Of a stretch of DNA of 64,000 nucleotides, positions 1-13,225 are shown piece after piece. Origin of the DNA: Spizellomyces punctatus DAOM BR117 (Eukaryota); NCBI GenBank assembly GCA_000182565.2, contig KQ257456.1; one strand, given 5' to 3'. The first letter of the stretch is position 1. Every line of letters starts with the position of its first letter. The notes under the pieces were generated by a model. That model saw only the letters and a program-made list of their open reading frames with translations, was not told the origin of the DNA and ran no database searches. A program made the translations under genes and the position numbers.

Positions 1-19
1 GAAGAAACCTGACAGCATC

Positions 20-1574
20 ATGTTGGCTGTACAAACAATGACACACGCAGCAAGTCTAACTCACGAAGAGATTCATGGGGCAGAAGCTGTAGAGGTTCCA
101 GTGGTACACTTGAGTATCTCGAAAATACTGTCAGGGACAGTCACCGTTCCGGACCTACCCCACCTGGAAGCCACTGGCCAATACAAACTGTTAATCACAT
201 CACTTTGCACGTTTGTACGAGATGACAAACGTATCTTCACTGATCCATGGGTGAAATCATGGTGTGCAAAGCGATGGCGGAACTTTTTCATCGTTGAGGC
301 TGCAAAGGATCCGCGTTCGGTTACTTGGGCGACCTATGGGAATTGGATTCAGAATGCAGTGGGATTTGGTGATACGCGGTGTCCGGAGCAAAAAGTTGCC
401 GAAAGATTCTTGAAGGGAACTGGACCAGAAGAGTGGATATGGGCAGTTCAAGGAGAGGAAAACATTTGGTCAGAGCAAGCAATGTCGTTACGGGGGGGCG
501 TAGCACCCTTACCTCCCGTTCAGATGCCCGAATCCGTGGCAAAGGAAACGGGATGCATGTTTTGCCCTGGCTTGCTAAATGGCCTTGTACCTGTCCGTGC
601 CTTTGACGAAGGATTCCCAGCTCTCGAACGCGACCACAACCTCTCCATCCTCCGTGTCGATGCCCACCCACTACGAGGCTGTCATGACAATATGGCCGAT
701 TACATTAATGCCTTTAAACACGGAATCGGTCTCTCGGCTTCTTGCGCACCTCACATTTCCCCAGAACACGCATCCCTGAAAAAGTTTTGTATATCTTATT
801 CGAAGGGAACACCCGATCTCCTGACTTTCCTCACTCAACACCCATCGTACGCGGAATCCATCACTTCCCTTTTTGTTTGGGCTGGGGCGGTGTATGGATC
901 TTATATTGCGGACTCGGCAGCATCTCTCGTCACCAAGCTACCTGTTGATCATTCCATGGGTGCGCTAATACGGGCTGTGGATCTGCTATGTCCTGTGGTC
1001 GATTTAAGGAGGATTGGGCCTCTTTCCAGGATCAATGATATTCGGGCTACAGATGCTGTGAAATCGCTGATGACTGCGGAGCGAACTCAGTTCATGAAGG
1101 AGCATGGAGAAAAGTTTACATCAAAGGGTGGATGGGACAAGCCTATCTTTTGTGTAACGGGCAGTACTGTCCCAGAGGTGAATACTTGTCATTCGCCAAA
1201 GGTTTTACTCAACGTGGATCTGAACCTTGTTCTCTGTAGGACGTTCCATATTTCCAAGCTCCGGCAGCTCGTCAGCTGCGGATGTACGACAACAATAATG
1301 ACATGCAACTGACAACGCGACAAAGTCTTGTAGAGTCAGACATGGCCATCCACTTGGGCATTGTCAACGCAAATCACTGGGACATGAGGTACGACTTTTG
1401 GTAGATCTGTATCGCATCTTTCCCAAACACTGAACAACGATCATCTTCCTTAGTTTCTCAGAGTTTCCCATGATGCTCAAAGTTGGATCAAGCAAATTCA
1501 AACACCCGTTCCCAAAAACAGCCGCAGTCACAGCCATGTTCTATCTTGTAGCTGAGTTGGGACTATGTGATTAA
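20..1574 (+). CDS. Putative alpha/beta-hydrolase-fold (lipase/esterase-like) protein, 3 exons (20-1177, 1240-1388, about 1454-1574)
   Basis: Nucleophile-elbow-like CISYSKGTPD. Splicing two GT-AG introns gives a C-terminus with NDMQL, NANHWD and HPFPK (candidate Asp and His). The true start may lie upstream of the window. Confidence 0.6.
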
Positions 1575-2361
1575 ACGATGGACGCTGCAAGAGTTTCTTG
1601 GGTAGGTATTGTACAGTTTGGTGGATTTTTATGGATATGTTCTTAGTTGCAGTAGTAGCATATTATCTTTATTATAATTATTACCGATGACGAACCTCAT
1701 AATAATAATGGTCAAAGGTCATCACTAACACAACGATCCCCTGCATACTGTCATCACGTTGGGGTCAGTAGGGTGAGATATGCATCGGCATTGCACAGTT
1801 GATCATTCTTTGGGTTCCTGTGCACCTCAGCCGACATGTTCAGGCTGGCTTCTTTTCAGAACATTGAAACCCCCATGCGCAATGATCCTGTGGGCTAAAC
1901 AGATAGGGTGTCACCTGAGCGTAAACAACAAGAAGGTTCCGAGTAGAGTGTGGGGCAATGTGTCCCCCTCTATATCCTCAAAAACCCCGGATCACATGTA
2001 TTAAGGTTCTGTCGTGTGCGTCGAGGATTTAGGCAAAAACCTAGATACTATTTTCAGAATGGTACAATCGGATAAATATAACCCATCCCTCACAAGGACG
2101 CCTTGTTCCTGTTTAGTAACACAGTTCCGACGAACCCAAAGGTCAACATGAGATTGATTGATTATGGTTACTGAGAATAGCGGCGGACTGGTTTGGGCAT
2201 TAAACAAACATAATCCTAGGAACAATACTTCCGCTGGCTGGTACATGATGAGCGCGGCATATAAGTAGAGAACAGGCGGTACGGCTTACCCCCTCACCCT
2301 TTCAGGAATCCAAAAGCAGGACCGGGCTGGTAATCATTAGTTTGTGCAAGTAAAGCCTACC

Positions 2362-3270
2362 ATGCTTAGCCCGATACAACAACGAGAACAGGGTATCTTT
2401 TTGACGGGAATGGGACTGGCGTTCACCGTAGCGGCGATAATAACCTGGACAAGAAGGGTTAGCAAGAACAAAAAGGCAATCATCCAACTCTTCCCGCTGT
2501 TGTTATCGTTCACAGTGCAAATATTGATGTGCAGCAACGCCGTTGACCTCCTCGAAACGAAAATCTCAAAGAAAACGATGGTTACGGCCTTTCTATCGAG
2601 TAACTGCAATGACCTTTTGCAATACTGTTTTACGTACTTTACGGCAATCCGCTTGCTTTCCCTCATCCCCCCGCCGCAAGTACGCAATATACTGTTCGTC
2701 AAATTGTACTGTGCGGCAATCGTTGCGCTCTATTTTATCGACCATGTGGCCAGTTTCGTCGCTCTCGGAAAATCCGACATGGACTTGATAAAGTTCCTGT
2801 ATAGTTGGGAATTCAACAAGCTCGGCAAACTCTCCACCCTAATCGGCTTACTGATGTACCTCGTCATGGTATTCAGTGTAGATCTATGGTTGATCATCAA
2901 GATCAGAAACTGTCAGAAAGCGATCCACAGCAACGTAAAAATCAGGTCCGGCCATACACAATCCCTCATCATCCTCCTAAGTTTGGCAGTCAAAGTTGCC
3001 GAATCCGTGTACAAGCTCCACAGCGTCATCGAATCATATACCGGAATGGACTCTTACATGAGAAGTCTAAACGCGGCGGTCGAGATTTGGTCCGTCACCG
3101 AGCTCGGTATAACAGTCGAAGAAATCTTGAATAGCGGCAAAACCAACAGTCTCAGTAAAGGAAATGAAACCCATGAGCAATTCAGCATTCAAAAACAGAA
3201 TTCTGTCAAGAGGCTACCTGGTAGCACGGCTGTACTCCCATCAGTGGTGTCAAAGGAAGGAGTTTGTTAG
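2362..3270 (+). CDS. Intronless multi-pass membrane protein with about 7 TM segments (GPCR-like topology)
   Basis: About 7 hydrophobic segments, an Arg at the end of TM3 (FTAIRL), a basic loop after TM5 and a Ser-rich polar tail. Confidence 0.6.
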   Translation: MLSPIQQREQGIFLTGMGLAFTVAAIITWTRRVSKNKKAIIQLFPLLLSFTVQILMCSNAVDLLETKISKKTMVTAFLSSNCNDLLQYCFTYFTAIRLLSLIPPPQVRNILFVKLYCAAIVALYFIDHVASFVALGKSDMDLIKFLYSWEFNKLGKLSTLIGLLMYLVMVFSVDLWLIIKIRNCQKAIHSNVKIRSGHTQSLIILLSLAVKVAESVYKLHSVIESYTGMDSYMRSLNAAVEIWSVTELGITVEEILNSGKTNSLSKGNETHEQFSIQKQNSVKRLPGSTAVLPSVVSKEGVC

Positions 3271-4348
3271 TGATATTCGACACTTGAGAGGTTTTGTAAA
3301 CAAAGAACGTGGAGGCACCGGACTGATAGTGGACCTTAGGAAGATACCCCCTTAAACAGACCCAACATGTACTAGACTATGTAGCAATAGAAGTATTACG
3401 CTGGTATGGAAGGAATATCCAGCTTGTTACCATTAACAAAACATAATACTACTGCCTTTATGGCAAATAACGCAATGTACGATGGGCTTTCCTTTTTGTG
3501 GTGACTGTGAAGGAACACCAATATATGGGAGACAGCACGATATTCGTATCCCCGCTTTTTTTTACTGACAAGCTGCATGAGGATTCGAACGTCCACAAGA
3601 GCAGGAACTAAAAGATTTAAACCCCATAATTGCTATAACTATTGTTCAAACCGTACAGACATACAGATCTGAATGAACAGTTCAAGAGTCTTGTAAAGAA
3701 GGTGGATTAGTGATTTTGTGGATTGGGTAGGCAAAGAACATCTTTACACGGCAAACAGCGCAACTGGCGTCGTTATCGCATCGTCAACTACTTCTTCCGC
3801 ACTAATCCTTGGTGAATCAAAGGTAGCCAGGACAGTGTTCAAATAAAACGGGAGCGAAAGAATCATCCTGTTCGAACCAATCTCCCAACACCGCCTGAGC
3901 ACCTTTGACATTTCGCAATATCGAGAGGAATTTCAACAGACAAGTTACATCCTGCAACTCGTATCGAATATTTGATGGAAACAACACAGCGGTTAACACA
4001 GTGGATGCGACGTTGAATGGGGGGGATCGAAAGGTCTTCCAGTGTGGGTTGTTGTGGTTGCATTCTTTTCAACGCGCTATTTTATAGCAATTGCCATGGT
4101 GTTATACCATCAAACCTGGTTTGACGCTGCTGTGTGTGCGGTTATCTGTCCCATCAAATATTCGATACTAGTTGTAAGGTGTTTACGGGGTTCATTTGGG
4201 GGTGTAGAATTCATTTGTGATATCAGTTTTACCCTTTCCCTAGTCATTTTTCCGAAACGGACGCAACAAACTCGTTGTCAATTGGAGCGAGCAGAGTCAA
4301 TGAACAAGCAGCAAACATTTGGATCGCCCTCTGAGCAAGCCTTCAACA

Positions 4349-4792
4349 ATGTCAGCCCAAAGTCTTACCCTCGTCCTCTACCCTACGCCTCTGTCGGTCC
4401 ATCGGCTTCCACCCACGGGAGATAATATTCGGGCCGTAACCCCCTTTCTTGCACCAACAACGTTGATGAATTCTTTAACCATTACATCAAGTGAGCTCTC
4501 ACTAATCGTACCGAGTCCGACAATACTCCCGAATCTGCCAGATCTTAAAACAGAAGCAGGATGGCGGGCTTTCCAAGTAGCTGGTACACTGGACTTTGCA
4601 TTGGTGGGCATTTTGGCTTCTATAACGGCGCCATTGAAAGAAGCTGGGGTGAGCGTTTTTTGTATTAGTACTTTTGATACGGATTGGATTTTGGTGAAGG
4701 AGGATACAGTGGAGGAGGCTAGGAGGGTTTGGCAAAATGTCGGGTTTAATGTTTTGGATCATTTTTATCCACAAGAAGTGTCATGTAGGTAG
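4349..4792 (+). CDS. Stand-alone ACT-domain protein (CASTOR_ACT/ACT_7-like, amino-acid binding)
   Basis: GWRAFQVAGTLDFALVGILASITAPLKEAGVSVFCISTFDTDWILVKE matches the family signature; single exon. Confidence 0.85.
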   Translation: MSAQSLTLVLYPTPLSVHRLPPTGDNIRAVTPFLAPTTLMNSLTITSSELSLIVPSPTILPNLPDLKTEAGWRAFQVAGTLDFALVGILASITAPLKEAGVSVFCISTFDTDWILVKEDTVEEARRVWQNVGFNVLDHFYPQEVSCR

Positions 4793-4935
4793 AAAATTCC
4801 TAGCTAGAACTCACACCAAAATCAACCATCCCCTAAATACTACTTCACATAAACTCCATTTTCCTACTAATATAACCTTACGTACAACATAAATACAATT
4901 TAAATATAAATAAAAGAATCTGGTGCGGACGGTTA

Positions 4936-7153
4936 TTAAGCACCCAGCAACGCTCGAACGCCTTGTGCGTAGTCTCCGTTTGCTTCAGCTGTTGTGACTT
5001 CCCAGAGCATAATGCCACCTGAAAAAGGTGCCGGTCAGAATCTTGAAAGCCAAGTGTTTGGAACTTGGCCAACTTACCAAATCGTGATGAAAATTCACTC
5101 TTCCATGTCCCAACAATGTTGGCCAAGCTAGGGGTCGATGCACCAGCCGCTTGGAGCGGAACAAAGCTGATCGGAGAGGCTGATGCTACTGACGCAGGGG
5201 CCCCGATTAGCAGACGGACATTCGGGTTGACCGAAACTGTGTTGGCCCAATTGAACCAAAACTCGACGGCATCGCGCCAAGGACGATTGGGATAAGCGTT
5301 GTTACCACAGCTGTGACGAGATTATCAGATAAAGTCAAAGATGATAAAAGTGAAAGCGCTTCAGAATACTTACGCATTATTGTACCACTGAATATTCAGC
5401 CAGTCAAAGTAGCCTTTGGCATAAGCAGTGTTCTGAAGGACGTCCGGGAAAAAGCATTGGGGTGCCCCTGCAAAGCCATTTTGAGCGACTATGAGCTTGC
5501 TTTTCCCAAGATCCAATACACAACCGACATGACTTACCGCTCATGTAGAATGTTCTTCCACTGGCCCGCATGAGCCTCACAATATCTTGCAAAAAGATAT
5601 CGTAGCCAAAGTCGCTCCCGCCTTCCACATCCAAATCAAGACCGTCCAAAATGACGCCAGCGCCAAAGGGACGGACAAAAGCCGAGTCGGAACCTCCCAG
5701 AAACATGTTCCAGAGCGCCGTAGTGAATCGATTGACATCAGATATATCGGTAAAACCGACCGAAGCAATCCCGCCACCAAGAGAAAGAAACACCTTTTTG
5801 CCTAGAGCTTGGCACCGCCGGATAGCTTGGCCTACCTCTGGGCAGTTCAAAACTGTGCTTCCTGGGAAAGTGGTACCACAATGCCTGGATAAGTTGATAT
5901 CGATTGTGTTTTCGGCGTTTTTGAAAACATTTGCAAAAGCAATGTTGAGAACGTCGTAGGGTCCTGAGCAATAAGCATCAATCTCGCTTTCCGGAGCAGC
6001 GGCGCCAGTAACGACAGGGTTGGAACTGTCATTGTCATTTAATGTTTGAGGAAACGTTTGACAGGAATGACAAAGGACCAACTAGTGACTTACAATGCAA
6101 TGTTCTGTCCCCAGTATCCAACCAATAGTTTCCCTGCCTGAGCTTTGGCAATCAACGGGTCAGTATTGGGTAAGGAAATAGGCACTGGCGTTGATGATGG
6201 CGTTGCCGAGGGACTCGGAGTAGAAGACGGACGCTGAGACGCAGTACTAGGAGATAGAGATGGAGACGCAGACGGCGGAGTAGCACTCGGCGCTCTATTG
6301 GGGCTAGGAGAGGGTACAACCGATGGCACCAATGTTGGACTCGGGGAAGACACAGCCGGTGCATTAGATACTGCACTCGACTGAGATGAGATGGGTACTA
6401 AGGTATGCGGCGCCAGAATTGGGGTGGTTGTGACCGAACCAGAAGGTGACGGCGTAGGACCGGAAATTGTGGTCAAAGATATCGGTGGAGGGCTAATGGT
6501 CTCAACAGAGTCGTTATCCGCATCTTCCTCGTTTGCATACATCTTGAGTAGAAAGCGTGGTGGTTCCATGCCCATCGTATCCTCTGGACTGGGAAACTGG
6601 ACGCAGAATCCAGTCGTCTTACTACTACCCGGCACAATTTCGGCATTCCAGTCTTGTGGGGAGGCAATATACTGTTGGCCGTCATCTGAAAGTTCCTCAT
6701 AGTCTCCGCTCCAGCTGGTGTAGAGATCCGAGTTTGGTGGTAGTGAGATGGCAAGTCGCCAGGTAGCGGATGGAAGGCTTGCGGGATTGATGAGATGTAG
6801 GTGTGCGCAGAATCCGTCGTACCAAATCTTGAGAGTAAAATCCACCCCACCTATCCATGTGCTAGAGACTGTATCGGAAGGATACGTATGAGCTAAACAC
6901 ATTACACCGAGAAATATTGGAAAAGCGGCTACTTACTCTGATCATTGGCGACTTGAAACTGTATGGTCTCTCTGTATACCTTTGATTCCCATCGACTCTG
7001 GTCCTGCTCTTCGTTTTGATTGCAATCATCGTTCTCAGTTGTTGATTCATCCCACGTCCGCCCCGCCAGCGGTGCAGGCGCAGCCAAGGCTACGGCAACA
7101 AAAAACAAAAACACAACCAACGCAAAGTTCAATACTGCCCTTGTCTGGCGCAT
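4936..7153 (-). CDS. Secreted GH18 class III chitinase with N-terminal CBM2-like module and Ser/Pro/Thr linker, multi-exon
   Basis: Signal peptide MRQTRAVLNFALVV; GYWGQN, KVFLSLGG, intact catalytic LDGLDLDVE (DxxDxDxE) and C-terminal GGIMLWE. CBM2-like WYDGF...TW...SWSG...WNAEIVPG...GF at about 6590-6860. Confidence 0.9.
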
Positions 7154-8965
7154 TTTGTGCAGTTCGTATGGTTAAGAGCGCTGGGAAAATGAAGTGACGG
7201 CAAACAGTTTGACGGGATGTTTTTATCGAAATGGCTGCATCTATATGCTGCTTCATTTGACCGCAACCGCAGTCGAGTGTTTAAGGACAAAGGCGGTGCC
7301 TCCTTGATATTGGCATCTTCCAGTAAGCTTTAAAATAACAAGTAACTAAACGAAATTTCTCTGTGTAGAAATGGAAGGAAAAGAAGGATTTTGGGATTCC
7401 TGCTGGGACGGTAATCGAACGCGCTCAAACTCCGACCGTGCTTGGCTGCGCGAATGTCACGAATGTCAATTAACCTTAACGCTGTTGACAGATTGTCGAC
7501 AGATTCCCGTGGATACAGTGGCTTCATTCATAAACCCCGAAGCAATATCTAGTAATGGTCAATTTTAGGGAACTCGTCTACCCGGGCCTCAAAACAAGGA
7601 TGCGCCAAGACACAGTAAAAAAGTAGATAGAAAGATGAGCGGTTTACGAAAGCAAGGCAAACTAAGGCGCTGCATCGCGAACTCCTCCTCGTGTATACGG
7701 CAATGAGGATTTCCTGCGACCGTCACTATAACAACCCAGCAAACAGCTAGTTTGCCGCTCAGTGCATCACCACACTCTGTTCCCGCGTCCCTCACCCACC
7801 ACGAGTGGTCACTGCGAGGGGAAGGCTTCTGCGCATTCTCGTTTTGTGATGTTGCGCGCAAAATCGTATAACGCGCCTGAAAGAGTATGGGTTACGCGCT
7901 CGGTGATATCGGACGGGATCTGGGACTTTTACAATATCGTCAAAAGGCAGGTTTACAGTAAATCGTTGCCTCATTTCCACTAATATCGTCAAATGGTCTG
8001 TCTTTTTGAAATGGCTACACGGCAACAACACTAATGCGCTTGTTTGACAAACAAACTGTACGAGTCACACAACGCAGCGATATGCAAAATTATTACACGC
8101 TTAAAACCAATTTGGTGGATTTTCAGCAACCAGATACTGCGTAGCCATAACCTTGACCAGTAATAAGCGGTAAAATGCTGGTCGCTGAAAGGTTAAGCGT
8201 AACTTGCACTGCCACCTGGTTCTTCCCCCGACTTTCAGAAGCTTGCTAAGCCATGTCTTTTGGGGAGCACGGATTCGAATCCTGCCTGCGTAAGTGTTTA
8301 TTAAATTCCTTTGTGATTTTTTTGATTTTGTTCCTTTGGTAAGGCCGCTATCCTCCATCCGTGAAAGAACTTTCAATCGCCATGAACTGGGCGTAGTGTT
8401 CTCTTTCCTTGCCGTGGTTATCAAGACATTTCCCCCGTGAAAAAAAACAATTTCACTTCTTGTCTCTACTTTTTTGTGTGTGTGCGTTTGATCACTCTTT
8501 TGTGTGATTGAAATCTGCTCAAAGAGGCAATGCGCAAACAACCAAAAGCAAGAAACGATTTGAACGATTTTCTCACTTTTTGTAATTCTTATCGCTCTCA
8601 AAATGAACTTTTTGTTGAGGAGGTCACATGTCTGTTGTATGCGCAGTCACCGTGGCCGCACATGAGATGCAAAGTTGCGTAACCATCCGATCACCAAAGT
8701 CAAAATTCCAAGCAGATAAACAAAAGGGCCGGATCACACAACGGTGATATTGCGCTACCCATATTTTTTGTTTTTCCTTCATTTGAGGCTTTCTCCGAAC
8801 TTAACGATGGGAATATAAAAAGATGGAGTTGGGTCTCCGAATTCCCCCCCAGTAGACGACCCGCTTTCCTGTTGCTTTTCTCCCCAGCTGTGCTGGGTTT
8901 CTTATAGATCTCTAGAATAGACACATAGAAAAACTATTACCTCATATACACACATCTACCACAAG

Positions 8966-11807
8966 ATGAAGGCTTCTATCGTCCACTCTGCTATTGCCAT
9001 ATTGGCTGCATCCGCTACGGTGCAGGCTGCTCCGCGTCAGCGCTCACCCAGAGTTGGGGAGATCATCCCTGGAGCGTTCTTTATTGAATTGAAGGAAGGT
9101 GGGTTATCCATCAAGATTGTCTCTGAGATGCGCCAGTGAGGCACGCGTACTAAATCAAACCTTACTTTCGCAGCTGTTGAAAACAGCTTGCTCCAAGTGC
9201 TGCNNNNNNNNNNNNNNNNNNNNNNNNNNNNNNNNNNNNNNNNNNNNNNNNNNNNNNNNNNNNNNNNNNNNNNNNNNNNNNNNNNNNNNNNNNNNNNNNN
9301 NNNNNNNNNNNNNNNNNNNNNNNNNNNNNNNNNNNNNNNNNNNNNNNNNNNNNNNNNNNNNNNNCAAGGAACGTCCAGAAGTGCTTAGTGTTCGCCCTGT
9401 TCGTGCCATCCCTAGACCAAAGCCCATCATGACTGCTGTTGGCGATCGTACTGTAACCCCTAGCCTCGAATCAGCCCATGGTCTCACTGGTGTTTTGGAC
9501 GTTCACGACAAGCTCAAGATCTATGGTAAAGGCGTCAAGGTCGGTGTGATCGACTCTGGAGTGTACTACAAGCATCCCGCTTTGGGTGGTGGCTTCGGTC
9601 CCGGCTTCAAGGTAGAGAAAGGATGGGATTTCGTCGGGGATGCTTACACCGGTCTCAACGAACCCATTGAGGACGCTGACCCGATTGACGAATGTTCTGA
9701 CGTGTCCCACGGTACCCATGTTGCTGGTATCATTGCCGCCAATGCCACTGGAATGGCCAAGGAATGGGCGCCAGTTACTCCTTTCCTCGGTGTTGCTCCA
9801 CAGGCCACCCTTGGTGCCTACCGTGTCTTTGGTTGCGATGGCTCCGCTGGTGACGATGTGATTGCCAAAGCCATTTACCGTGGCCATGACGATGGTATGG
9901 ACATTTTGAACTTGAGTCTTGGAGGCGGTTCCCCCTACCCAGACAGTCCCGCCGTGTTTGCGGCGGATCGCGTCTCCAGTAAAGGAACATACGTCATTAT
10001 GGCTGCCGGAAACGACGGTGAGGACGGTGTCTTCACCACCGGTCCACCAGCTGTTGCGCCAAAAGGATGGAGTATTGCATCTATTGACAACTCCAAGTTG
10101 GTGCAATTCAGCATTTTTGACGATGCTGGCAAGTCCTACTCTTACGCTCCTTCGTCCGCTGGTGGCGGTTGGGTCGGAAAAGTGAAGGGACAAATTGTCA
10201 TCAACAGTGAGTGTTTCGACAACCTTATACATCTTGAGCTGTACTGATTGCGATTCTTGTCACCAGACCCGAACGCTGACCCTACAACCACTCTTGACGA
10301 TGGTTGTAAACCAGTTACCATTGATGCTAAGGGCAAGGTCATCATCTTCCAACAGGGTTCTGCCTGTGGATCCGCCGTCCGTTGTGGAAATGCCAAGGCT
10401 GCCGGTGCCGCTGGTTGTCTTGTTTACAACAACGTTCCTGGAAGCATCAACATTTTCGGTACTGCCGGCCTCCCTGGAGGTGGTTTGGACGACCAAACCG
10501 GTCTTGCCATCGTCAATGCTGTGAAAGCCCAACCCAACCGAGTGTGGACCTTTACCAACGAGTTGGGTATCTCTGATGTCCCTACCGCTCGCACGCCTTC
10601 CAGCTTCACATCCCTTGGTCTCGATGGAGATTTGAAAATGAAACCCGAGCTCGCTGGTATTGGTGGTAACGTCTACTCTACCGCATCCAAGTTTGCTGGT
10701 GCCAAGGCGGGAATGCCCACTCCTTACCTCTCCATGTCTGGAACATCGATGGCCACACCATACGTCGCCGGTACAGTTGCGCTCTTTGTGCAAGCCCGCG
10801 GTAAATTGGACACCGAGCTGGTGAAGGCTTACTTCCAGAACAACGCCAAGCCCGTTCACGTTAGCAACAAGGGTGATGATGCGACCCGCTTCGCATCTGT
10901 CGCGCAGCAAGGTGCTGGTCTGGTTGATATCTTTGAGACTATCAACACTCGTACCTTGATTCAACCATCGCGCATTGCTTTGAACGACACCCTTCACCAC
11001 AACGGCGTTCAGCGCATTAGCATCACCAACAACTACGACAGCCCTACCACCTACAAGTTGAGCGACTTTGGCGCCGTGGCCCTCACTGGCTCTGAGAAAG
11101 GTTCAGACCGACCCCTTGCTCATCCCGTTCACTCAAACGAAAAGGCCACAATCATGTTTTCCCAAAAGGAAGTCACCATCCCCGCAGGTAAAACTGTGAC
11201 CATCAATGCCGTTGTCATTCCTCCTATTACCCTTTCTGGAGATCTCTGGCCCATCTACTCTGGCTTCATCAACGTTCAGCCTGTCATCGCCTCCAAGAAG
11301 GGCACTACCAACGCTGCACCTCTTACCATCCCATACGTCGGCATGCGAGGTGACTACAGCCGGGCCCCAACTCTTTTGAAGAAGGATCCTAAAAATGGCC
11401 CCACCATCGGTGCATTTTCCGTCAAAAACAACACCCTCGCCCCTCTCGCAAACCCCATCACCATCAACCCAACCCAAAGCCCTGTGGTTATCCGATTGGC
11501 CTTTGCCTACCCAACTCGTGAAGCCTTTGTCGACATTGTTCCCGCGTCACTATTGGCTCCCAAGCCAAAGACTCACCTTGTCACCCTGGGTTCACAAGGC
11601 CGATCCTACGGCACCGCTGACAAGATTGACATCCCATGGAGTGGTGAAAAGACTCTGGACGTGCCTGCCGGTGGCGTTCCTGACAACAGCACAGTCCCTG
11701 CTGGAAAGTACAAGATCCGCATCTCGGCGTTGAAGCACTTTGCTAACCCCAAGCTGCCCTTTGCGTATGATACTTGGGAATCTCCTGTGATCACTGTGAA
11801 GTACTAG
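8966..11807 (+). CDS. Secreted subtilisin-like S8 serine protease with PA domain and C-terminal Fn3-like domain; spans an assembly gap
   Basis: Signal peptide MKASIVHSAIAILAAS; triad VIDSG, HGTHVAG, SGTSMATP; oxyanion AAGNDG; intron at about 10207-10265. Confidence 0.92.
9204..9364. other. Assembly gap (N run) within the protease prodomain region
   Basis: Run of n. Confidence 0.99.
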
Positions 11808-12276
11808 ATATGTACTAGAAGTAGACGTAGTGTCATTGTCGATAAAATGTTAGATAGACGTCACATGTGTGCGGGCGTGCGTGTGGGTGTGATTGTTTGA
11901 AATGGAGTTATCTTCTGCCAGCTTTCAAGCTTTCAACTAATGTGGCCCCTTGTCCTTGATGTTAGTTTCCTACACCCTATGACGAACCTCTTGCATCCAT
12001 CCCATCCATCACTTGCATCCACCTATGGCGACCATCACACGCAATAGCCAGTAAATCACGTTGTGCGCAGCCGATCAAATCCGCGCTGATAAGATCAATT
12101 CTGTGCCCCAGGGAGACATGTTCATGACTCATCAACGTCAGCACGCACACCGTTGGATGGACACACAAGTGTTCCAAGGGCTCCCCTCCTCGTTGTCGGC
12201 TTTGCTATAAAAGCATGGCCATAGATTGCTGACCCCACCCATTGCACTTGAACAGCAATACAAGGTCTACTCAAAT

Positions 12277-13225
12277 ATGACCACTCCCGATCCCATTAAT
12301 GCCAAAGCTTGGTCTCCCTCTCTGTACGGCACCCACGGACATTTTGTCCACTCAAAGCAACACACGAGTGCTATCATTGAGCTCCTTGATCCCCAACCAA
12401 CCGACAGAATCTTTGATCTGGGATGCGGAGACGGCAAGTTGACTAAAAGGCTTGTGACGGATTACAATGTCCGCTCAGTTGTGGGTGTCGATGCTTCCGC
12501 GCCCATGATTGAAGCTGCTCAAGTGGAGTGCAAAGAACAAGTGGAATCTGGCCGGATTATCTTTGAGGTTTTGGATGGATTTGATGTTGAGACGAGTAAA
12601 TGGGTTGGTGAGGGATTTGATAAAGTGTTTAGTAACGCAGGTACAGTTTTCATTCCATTTCACACAAGCACAAAAGAATGAAAACAACCATCCAACTCTT
12701 TTTGTTATGCAGCCCTTCACTGGATGAAACGAGACCCAGTCGCAGTGATTCGCGGTGCACATAAAGTCTTGAAATCCGGCGGATCCTTCATCGCTGAATT
12801 CGGTGGACACGGCAACATTGCCTGTGTCCACGCTGCCCTCATCGCAGCTTTAAAAAGACGCAATGTGCCAAACGCAGAGAACCTCATGCTATTTTTCCCA
12901 ACGTAAGGACCATCTCGCGCGATATTCTTTATAAAATATCCATCTTACATCCCATATCCTCAGGACGAATCACTACGCCAAACTCCTTGACCCATACTTT
13001 ACTCCCACTCACCTGGAGATTATCCCCCGTCCAACACTTCTTCCAACAGATCTAAACGGATGGCTCTCCTCTTTTGCGACGCATTTCCTAGAAGCTGTAC
13101 CGGAAAGTGACCGTGAAAACGTCCGGAGTGAAGTTATTGAGGAATGTCAACCCGTTTTGTGTGATGACGAGGGACGATGGTGGCTTGATTATGTTCGGAT
13201 TAGAGTCATTGCCATCAAGAAATGA
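12277..13225 (+). CDS. Class I SAM-dependent methyltransferase (trans-aconitate MTase-like), 3 exons
   Basis: IFDLGCGDG, VVGVDAS, FDKVFSNA|ALHWM, EFGGHGN and C-terminal WWLDYVRIRVIA. Confidence 0.9.

Noticed and set aside
9471..11477. Long antisense ORFs over the S8 protease
   Set aside because: Shadow frames produced by the strong codon bias of the sense gene; no motifs
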